This document shows, in pieces, positions 57,862 through 64,000 of a stretch of DNA of 64,000 nt. A model generated the notes under the pieces. That model was not told the DNA's origin and searched no databases. It saw only the letters and a program-made list of their open reading frames with translations. Within the stretch, counting starts at the first letter, position 1. Each line of letters starts with the position of its first letter. Location: positions 3,377 through 67,376 of IMG/VR virus record IMGVR_UViG_3300021083_000196, one strand, 5' to 3'. A program made the translations under genes and the position numbers. The DNA comes from a virus.

Positions 57862-59146
57862 AGATGAATCTTATTACGTTCTCGGAAAACCCATCAATAT
57901 GTTTCCATCGGCCATAGCCAACACCGTTCTTATTAGATGCCACATTAATCATGTAGGCATTCTTAAAATCAGGATCAGACACGCTGTCATGGCTCTGCTC
58001 ATCCGTGATGACGATGATACGATCAGCCTTGACGTTGGCGTTTAGCCATCTGAGAGCCTCTCCAAGATGAGTGCCGCCATGGGGTTGAGAGTTCTGGATG
58101 GCATCTACTCCAGCCATGCCCAAGCGCGGCGGGCATTCCTTGAGTGCCGTGGAGAAGCTGAACACGCGGCGGTCACCGTGAATGATAGAACCAAGTGCCG
58201 CAGCAGCATCAAGACGAGTCATGTCAGACTTCGCTGACAGCTTCGCGTCCATGCTTCCAGACACATCGACGAGCACAACAGTAGTCCCTGACAATTTCGG
58301 CAGCCCTTCGATGGACTTCAAAAGCATCTGGTCAAGCTCTGGTTCATATTTCTTGACGATTCGTGCGGCTGCCACATAACGGAACGGCAGAACTCTGTCG
58401 GCACCCTTACCGGCAAGAATAGCCTCGCGGATCAGAGAATCATCAACACCTGATTCGGACATGTTACGCAGGTTGCGAAGCAATGCCAGATATCCGAGGT
58501 TGCCTTCCTTCAGAAGACGGGTGAAGGTTTCCTTCTTATCCGCGCCTGCCGACAGGGCGACTTCCCAAGTATCAGGAACCTCTAGTTGCTTCGACACCAG
58601 CCGCTTCCACATATCGGATTGATCGGTATCCTTTGGCTTGCCGTGTGCTAAGAAAAGAACATCACGAAGCTTGATCGTGTTGTCTCGGTTATACTTAGCG
58701 ATCGAATACTCGTTGAACTTCGTGAATGCACGTGCAAGACCCTTTTTCAACTGAGCGGACAGCGGCTTCTTGCCATCTTTCCAGTAGATGGTCAGCAACT
58801 CGGCAAGCTCATCCGGACGCTGGATGACCTCGTAAATCGTATCCGACACGAGACGTGATCCGGAACCGGTCTTGCAAAGAACGGACAGAAGCAGCAGTGG
58901 GATATGGCGCAGCTTTCCAGCGGTGCGGACTTCTATAGCCAATGCGGCCAATCTTTGTGCGGAAACCTGCGTTGCCAATTCTTCTACGCGCTTGGCAATC
59001 TCTTGACCTTCTTCGTAGGCATCTTTTTCCCACAACATGCAGGACATCACCGAACGGCGCAGAGCCTGTTCAGGATTGATATGTTTTGCCGGTGCACCTT
59101 CGTGGGTGAACTCGGTCGTTTTAGTTCTGGTATTTAGTCTAGCCAT
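57830..59146 (-). CDS. rsr: Ro60/Rsr (TROVE plus vWA) RNA-binding protein
   Basis: THEGA, RPDEL, QLKKGLA.AF..F.EY..AKY, P.TWE..LS, ALLRNLRN, LPFR, DVSGSM, ITDEQ. Confidence 0.93.
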   Translation of the reverse strand: MARLNTRTKTTEFTHEGAPAKHINPEQALRRSVMSCMLWEKDAYEEGQEIAKRVEELATQVSAQRLAALAIEVRTAGKLRHIPLLLLSVLCKTGSGSRLVSDTIYEVIQRPDELAELLTIYWKDGKKPLSAQLKKGLARAFTKFNEYSIAKYNRDNTIKLRDVLFLAHGKPKDTDQSDMWKRLVSKQLEVPDTWEVALSAGADKKETFTRLLKEGNLGYLALLRNLRNMSESGVDDSLIREAILAGKGADRVLPFRYVAAARIVKKYEPELDQMLLKSIEGLPKLSGTTVVLVDVSGSMDAKLSAKSDMTRLDAAAALGSIIHGDRRVFSFSTALKECPPRLGMAGVDAIQNSQPHGGTHLGEALRWLNANVKADRIIVITDEQSHDSVSDPDFKNAYMINVASNKNGVGYGRWKHIDGFSENVIRFIYEVEKLEENL

Positions 59147-59164
59147 TTTAGTCTCCTTAAAAAA

Positions 59165-59264
59165 TAGAGGAACATGCGATAAAAGAAATGCCGATTTGAA
59201 CGGCTATGCAGCTTTTTTAAAGCTGTGTTCAACCAATGAAGTATCTCTTATCTATCGCCATCTA
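59165..59264 (-). ncRNA. Y RNA-like 4 (Ro-binding stem plus T-arm hairpin)
   Basis: TAGA-TGGCG...TACTTCA...GCATGTTCC-TCTA; internal GCCG-TTCAAAT-CGGC. Confidence 0.75.
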
Positions 59265-59274
59265 CAAAAGTACA

Positions 59275-59407
59275 GTGAGGGAACAAGCACCGAAAGTAAC
59301 GTATGCGCTCTACCACTAAGCTACAACAACCATAAATGGGTTGCTGACCGGATTCGAACCGATGCCTCATCCTCCAAATGGAAGTAACTCTCGATTACAC
59401 CACTCAC
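59275..59407 (-). ncRNA. yrlA: YrlA-type Y RNA 3
   Basis: GTGAG-TGGTG...TACTTC...GCTTGTTCC-CTCAC enclosing a permuted tRNA (T-arm, closed acceptor stem, D-arm). Confidence 0.85.
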
Positions 59408-59417
59408 CTTATCAAGC

Positions 59418-59550
59418 AACAGGGGAATAAGCGGAAAGACGTTTTTTACGTGCTCTACCAATTGAGCTACCCACCCCGAAGGGCAGGGATGGACTCGAAC
59501 CACCAACCCCGTCATTACAAATGAAGAACTTCTTTCCTACGCCACCTGTT
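59418..59550 (-). ncRNA. yrlA: YrlA-type Y RNA 2
   Basis: AACAGG-TGGCG...TTCTTCA...GCTTATTCC-CCTGTT; GGTTCGAGTCC then TAGCTCAATTGGTAGAGC. Confidence 0.85.
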
Positions 59551-59561
59551 TTATCTATACA

Positions 59562-59628
59562 CCGAAGGAATAAGCGAACGGTCTTTTGTTTTCAAAGGCA
59601 TGAAGTAAGACCGTTCAACGCCATCCGG
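59562..59628 (-). ncRNA. minimal Y RNA 1 (Ro-binding module only)
   Basis: CCGGA-TGGCG-TT-GAACGGTCT-TACTTCA...AGACCGTTC-GCTTATTCC-TTCGG, 67 nt. Confidence 0.75.
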
Positions 59629-59644
59629 CTAATCGAATAAACCC

Positions 59645-59673
59645 ACACTATAAACATTTTATAACATCGTCAA
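59645..59673 (-). promoter_or_regulatory. sigma70-like promoter of the Y RNA-Ro60 operon
   Basis: TTGACG-17nt-TAGTGT on the minus strand. Confidence 0.55.
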
Positions 59674-59730
59674 GCAGTATGTTGCATTATTTTAAAAATT
59701 GTTTATAACGATTAATGAAAGGATTTCGGA

Positions 59731-59901
59731 ATGAAAGAAGAAAAAGCCGTTCAGGCCTATAACTTATCCACAAAAAATCATGAGTGGTTAAAAAAGCAGG
59801 CAGAATCAGTGGGCCGTTCTGTCAGCCAGTTCTTGGATATGCTCATAACGTCTAATAGGGAGAAGGATAAAAAAAATGTCAGAGTACAGAGAGATCGCTA
59901 A
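59731..59901 (+). CDS. ribbon-helix-helix-like small regulator
   Basis: YNLS...HEWLKKQA...GRSVSQFLD.LI; AAAGGA SD. Confidence 0.55.
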   Translation: MKEEKAVQAYNLSTKNHEWLKKQAESVGRSVSQFLDMLITSNREKDKKNVRVQRDR

Positions 59902-60238
59902 AAAGCACGGAATACCTGAATCAGTGGCCGATGCCGTTGAAAAAGATGATGCTGCGGCTGGCGTAGGTCACAACAGCGGAGATACACAGGATATTGGTGG
60001 TGTTTCCGGAGCACGCCTGAAGGCATTCATTGAGCGCATCGAGCGGCTGGAAGAAGAAAAAGCTGCAATCGCCGAAGATGTCCGTGATGTCTACGGAGAA
60101 GCCAAGGCAACCGGCTTCGACCCCAAGATTATTCGTAAACTGGTTTCCCTCCGGAAACAGAATTTGGAAAAACGGCGCGAAGAACAGGAATTGCTTGAGC
60201 TTTATGCCGCCGCGATTCAGATGGAATTAGCACTATAA
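59876..60238 (+). CDS. gapR: GapR (DUF2312) nucleoid-associated protein
   Basis: RLKAFIERIERLEEEK..I..D..DVY.EAK..GFD.KI.R....LRK. Confidence 0.9.
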   Translation: MSEYREIAKKHGIPESVADAVEKDDAAAGVGHNSGDTQDIGGVSGARLKAFIERIERLEEEKAAIAEDVRDVYGEAKATGFDPKIIRKLVSLRKQNLEKRREEQELLELYAAAIQMELAL

Positions 60239-60287
60239 TCTGATATAATGACATCGAGGTTTTGGTTCACCTCCATGTTGTTGACTT

Positions 60288-60323
60288 GGCCGCCGGTCTT
60301 TTGCGAGACCGGCGGCTCTTTTA
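60288..60323. terminator. terminator between convergent genes
   Basis: GCCGCCGGTCT-tttgcg-AGACCGGCGGC hairpin. Confidence 0.7.
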
Positions 60324-60881
60324 TAGCTGGAGTGTCGGCGTGCCCTTCGACATGAAGGCCGCATGTTTCTCGATAAGCTCTTTGTGGAGGCTGCTACGCG
60401 GCGTCTCCAGTAGCGGGATAAGGTATCCCACCTCTTTCAAGAACACCTTGGAGAAGTCTGGATCACAGGCGACGATACTGTGCATGTTGTCGATGATGTC
60501 AGCACACTTTATGACTTTCGCCGCGTTGCTAGCCGTCTTCAACCGCTCACGCGTGATCTCTTTCCGCTTCGCACGGTTGCCCGCTGACAGTGGTGGATCA
60601 GTCAGTTCAGCGACGAATCGTCCGACATCTGATCCAAACCATCCATAAACCTCATCGATAAGAATCGGAGTATCTTCGACGACATCGTGAAGCAGGGCCG
60701 CGATGATCATTTTTTCCCGCATGTCTTCAAGTTCTTTTTCGAAGACCGCGCAGGACACCATCTTGGCCACCGACAGGAGATGGACCAGATAAGGCTCGCC
60801 AGAGTATTTCCTGAATTGTGGACGGTGCTCTTTTTCCACGAACTGGACGGCGTGGATGATATCGTGACCTGCGAACATCAT
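60321..60881 (-). CDS. HD-domain hydrolase, RelA/SpoT-Mesh1 type
   Basis: H..Q.RK.SGEPY..H, AALLHDVVEDT, V.ELTD, IK.AD..DN. Confidence 0.85.
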   Translation of the reverse strand: MMFAGHDIIHAVQFVEKEHRPQFRKYSGEPYLVHLLSVAKMVSCAVFEKELEDMREKMIIAALLHDVVEDTPILIDEVYGWFGSDVGRFVAELTDPPLSAGNRAKRKEITRERLKTASNAAKVIKCADIIDNMHSIVACDPDFSKVFLKEVGYLIPLLETPRSSLHKELIEKHAAFMSKGTPTLQL

Positions 60882-61663
60882 TGTGGGTCCGCTATGATTT
60901 TCCGGTACAGAGTATTAATCCTGTCCTCGGAATATGGCGTCTCGTCGATGTTCTCATCAATCCATTTAAACGTATGCGTATCGAGCATTTCCTTGATCCA
61001 TGCGGTGAAGAATTCATGGAGTTCCTGTGGCGCGTCGGTCTGCTCGATAGCCTTGACCTTCAAGTCGATGAGCTGATTGATTTTATAGATGAACTCATCG
61101 CCGATTATCTTTTCTGCGGCCACCGTTTTTTGCAGCAGGGTACTGAATGGCACCGGCGGTAGAGTTTTGTTCTGATGGATGTAAAGTACACACAACATCG
61201 GACGGATGATGTAGAACCATTTCTTCATCGTCGGTTCACCACTGCCAACGATATGCTGCTTGTAAGTAGATTGTGATATCCCGCGATAGTGATGGGCAGC
61301 GCGGCGGAGACAGAAGTGATCGGTTGTGTAATTTTTCAACAGCGCATGGGCCACATCTTTGTAATAGATCACTGGAGACAATAGATGCTCGTAAAGGGCG
61401 GCGTTACTTTGTGATGCCAACTTCATCACCTTCTTGATGTCCCACCCCGAGTAATCGTGCAGTCCCTCCATAAATCCGAAGTGTTCGACGTTCTCGAATA
61501 CGCTCGTGTATTTCGAACGATCCTTGTACATGAACATGAAGCGGACATCATAATCCGAATCGGGACTCGCAAATCCCCATGCCCGCGAACCGGCCTCTAC
61601 AATGGACAGAAATTCGAGGTCTGGAAATTGTTCTTCGAGACGTGCTTTGAAATCGTAAGTCAT
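60878..61663 (-). CDS. RlaP-like Pol-beta superfamily nucleotidyltransferase
   Basis: E.GSRAWGFASPDSDYDVRF, GWD..K...L...SN....E.L.SP..Y, KK.FY..RP. Confidence 0.85.
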   Translation of the reverse strand: MTYDFKARLEEQFPDLEFLSIVEAGSRAWGFASPDSDYDVRFMFMYKDRSKYTSVFENVEHFGFMEGLHDYSGWDIKKVMKLASQSNAALYEHLLSPVIYYKDVAHALLKNYTTDHFCLRRAAHHYRGISQSTYKQHIVGSGEPTMKKWFYIIRPMLCVLYIHQNKTLPPVPFSTLLQKTVAAEKIIGDEFIYKINQLIDLKVKAIEQTDAPQELHEFFTAWIKEMLDTHTFKWIDENIDETPYSEDRINTLYRKIIADPQ

Positions 61664-62022
61664 TTTTTAGGGAACTCCCATTTTTTTGGATCTGGTACAT
61701 CTTCTGCTTTACGTGCCACTAACGCGATACATCCATCTTCTAATCTATTTTCCAGCCATTCTTTTTGTTTACCATCCTTAGACATGCGCCCAATATCTGT
61801 TTTTGTTTCTATACTAAAAAATGCACCTATTATGCAACCCACATGTCTTTGCTCAATCACCATTGGCACGACACCTATCCAGTCTGCGCTTCCTACTTTT
61901 AAGCCATAGTGAGTCTTTGTTAACTTATCAAATCCAGTATTATTTCTCCAAAGCTTTATGCCGTATTTTTCCCAAGCTGCGATTCTTACTTTATCGCTGA
62001 TACTAGTTTCCTGTTTTCCCAT
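61660..62022 (-). CDS. VRR-NUC nuclease
   Basis: LWRNNTG...GL..GSAD.IG...IE.K...G.....Q..W. Confidence 0.85.
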   Translation of the reverse strand: MGKQETSISDKVRIAAWEKYGIKLWRNNTGFDKLTKTHYGLKVGSADWIGVVPMVIEQRHVGCIIGAFFSIETKTDIGRMSKDGKQKEWLENRLEDGCIALVARKAEDVPDPKKWEFPKK

Positions 62023-63436
62023 TTTTCTTCCTATTTTTAAAAGTCATTTCTGCCCATCCTTTTTTATACCCGCGTTGAGTTTCAATAGTTTTCAACTCGG
62101 AAAATGTTTTTGCCATGCCAACCTCACGGCGAAGTCTAATCCTCTCATCTTCTTTTAACTTTTTACGAGCGGCTAATTCTTCGCGGGTTATCTCTTTTAA
62201 TTGTCCCTCAGTATAGCGAAGCTTTCTCTCTTGCACTGGTGACTCATATCCACAGTAGGGACATTTCTTTGATGGAGGGTAAACAGCATCGCATCTTTTA
62301 CATTGCTGTATGGCTGATTTACCTTGCCGTGTTAGGTTTTTTGGAGGATCCGTTAGAGACCATTCCATCTCATCGTCTGGAAGTCCAAATATTTCAACGT
62401 TATTTACGCAATCTATAAGATAGGAACATGGTTTTATACTATCAGCGATAGCCGTCTTACGCTGTTCTGCCGTGTCTAATGGGTATCCATCAGCATAAAA
62501 TGGCCTGCTTAATCGTCCAGGTTGTTGAATGGCTAGAATTTGAGATCGATATGGGCGAAGCTGTATCCCCACGGTAGCACGTGGAAGATCGGTTCCCTCG
62601 TTAACAATATCGCAAGAAACTATTCCTTGTATTTTTCCAGAATTATAATTATCAAATATTTCTTTCCTCTGTCCTTCCTTCATTGTTCCATCCACAGCAA
62701 AAAAGCCATATCCGGCCTTCTGGAACTGGTCGGCAACTTCCATGGTGTGTTTGATGCGGATGGTATATACAATCGCTGGGAGGCCATCAGCAATGCGTTT
62801 ATAGTGGTCAATCGCGTTTCCGGTGACGACCCGTTTATTCATGGCCGTTTCAACCTGATCTAAGTTATCATAATCTATACCGCGTAAGAGTGCGGCCGGA
62901 GCTGGTGCGAATACACGATATGGAACCAGATACCCATCATCTATAAGTTCTCTCACGCTGGGGCCGATTATCATTTCATCGTAGTATTCTCCAAGGTCAA
63001 TCGGACTCGCAGTAACACCTAGTAATATAGCGTCTGGATATCGAGCAAGTATTTCTTGCGCGGATGGCGATATAGAGTGGTGACATTCATCATAAATGAA
63101 CATATGTGGTGAAGGGATTCCTTCACGCCTATAGAGCGTCTGGATGCTCGCTACTTGAATGTTCTTCTCATATTCTTCAGGGTAATCAGCTTTAATAATC
63201 CCATGATCAACTTCGAAAGCGGTCAGCTTGTTCGATATCTGTTTTATAAGTTCACGACGATGAGCTGCAGCAGTAACTCTTTTATTTTTTCTTGATGCAC
63301 CTTGACCTATCACGGTGAAAACTATTGTCTTACCCCCCCCGCAAGGGAGCACGTAAACTACACGGCGTTTTTTGCGTCGATAAGCGTCCTTGATCATTGC
63401 TACAGCATTTTCCTGATATGGACGTAAGTTGATCAT
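62003..63436 (-). CDS. SF2 DEAD/DEAH-box helicase with C-terminal Zn finger
   Basis: LRPYQ, PCGGGKT, DECHH, TASP, EGTD.P, Q..GR..R. Confidence 0.9.
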   Translation of the reverse strand: MINLRPYQENAVAMIKDAYRRKKRRVVYVLPCGGGKTIVFTVIGQGASRKNKRVTAAAHRRELIKQISNKLTAFEVDHGIIKADYPEEYEKNIQVASIQTLYRREGIPSPHMFIYDECHHSISPSAQEILARYPDAILLGVTASPIDLGEYYDEMIIGPSVRELIDDGYLVPYRVFAPAPAALLRGIDYDNLDQVETAMNKRVVTGNAIDHYKRIADGLPAIVYTIRIKHTMEVADQFQKAGYGFFAVDGTMKEGQRKEIFDNYNSGKIQGIVSCDIVNEGTDLPRATVGIQLRPYRSQILAIQQPGRLSRPFYADGYPLDTAEQRKTAIADSIKPCSYLIDCVNNVEIFGLPDDEMEWSLTDPPKNLTRQGKSAIQQCKRCDAVYPPSKKCPYCGYESPVQERKLRYTEGQLKEITREELAARKKLKEDERIRLRREVGMAKTFSELKTIETQRGYKKGWAEMTFKNRKKNGKTGN

Positions 63437-64000
63437 AGGTTAACAAACATATCAGGTTGTCGATATGCATCCTCGATGCGCTTACATGCGGTATCGAAAT
63501 ATTTTTCATTAATTTCAACACCGATAAATTTGCGAGCCATTTTAGCGCAGGCAACGCCTGTAGTACCGCTGCCCATGAAAGGATCAATGACAGTTCCCGA
63601 TGTCCATTCAATGATATTACGCATCAAATCCACAGGCTTTTCTGTGGGATGAAAAATATTTCCAGACCGTCTACAATCTAAAACATCAGTAGGCCGACCA
63701 GAAGGGAAAAAATGCTTTTCTCCGGCGTAGAATAAACAGACTTCAGTCTGGCGAGCATGTTCATGCTCAAGGTCTCCCATAGACCAGTTATTCTTAACCC
63801 ACGTTATACATGATTTAGGTTTTGGAACTTCTGATAAATTATCCCATCGGCAGAAGATATATTTGCTGTGATCTGCGGGAAGATTGCATGTCCAGAGTAA
63901 ATGCTCAGCACTTTTATCGTTGGCAATCTTTTCATGTTGTTCTTGCCGATAGTTACTTTGAAAGTCCATGCCATAAGGAGGGTCGCTGACCCTAGAGGAC
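63433..64000 (-). CDS. DNA methyltransferase (N-terminus outside the window)
   Basis: DPPYG near 63970-63986, HPTEKP, DPFMGSGTT. Confidence 0.88.
   Translation of the reverse strand, partial: SSRVSDPPYGMDFQSNYRQEQHEKIANDKSAEHLLWTCNLPADHSKYIFCRWDNLSEVPKPKSCITWVKNNWSMGDLEHEHARQTEVCLFYAGEKHFFPSGRPTDVLDCRRSGNIFHPTEKPVDLMRNIIEWTSGTVIDPFMGSGTTGVACAKMARKFIGVEINEKYFDTACKRIEDAYRQPDMFVNL

Noticed and set aside
59165-59628. Repeated motifs read as a CRISPR array or as ordinary tRNA genes
   Set aside because: The units are self-complementary and degenerate with structured inserts, and no cas genes are present. The T-arm precedes the D-arm with no anticodon loop or CCA, which fits Y RNAs beside Ro60.

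Overview
This is a 64-kb segment of a tailed dsDNA phage with a contractile tail (DUF3383 sheath, baseplate J, DUF2184 capsid). GapR and an RcGTA Rcc01079-like spike base point to an alphaproteobacterial host. The window holds replication and recombination genes on the minus strand (1-7050 and 47000-64000), packaging and virion genes on the plus strand (7529-41052), about eight free-standing homing endonucleases, and 24 tRNA genes covering all 20 amino acids (41600-44980). The main finding is that 22 of the 24 tRNAs sit in three arrays, each preceded by an unannotated 17-25 codon leader ORF, an antiterminator and an intrinsic terminator. The codons in each leader match the anticodons of the tRNAs downstream of it: KIVAKAIK precedes Ile/Lys/Ala/Val, TISTSMYSSDRTFNRGCG precedes 12 matching tRNAs, and LLQLWHQPLPQL precedes Leu/Leu/Pro/Trp/His/Gln. 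This looks like a multiplexed ribosome-stalling attenuator that switches on replacement tRNAs when the cognate host tRNAs fail. A second translation-stress locus (57830-61663) encodes Ro60/TROVE behind four different Y RNAs, next to an RlaP-like nucleotidyltransferase and a RelA/SpoT-type HD hydrolase. All family assignments come from motif recognition by eye; no database searches or folding programs were run.
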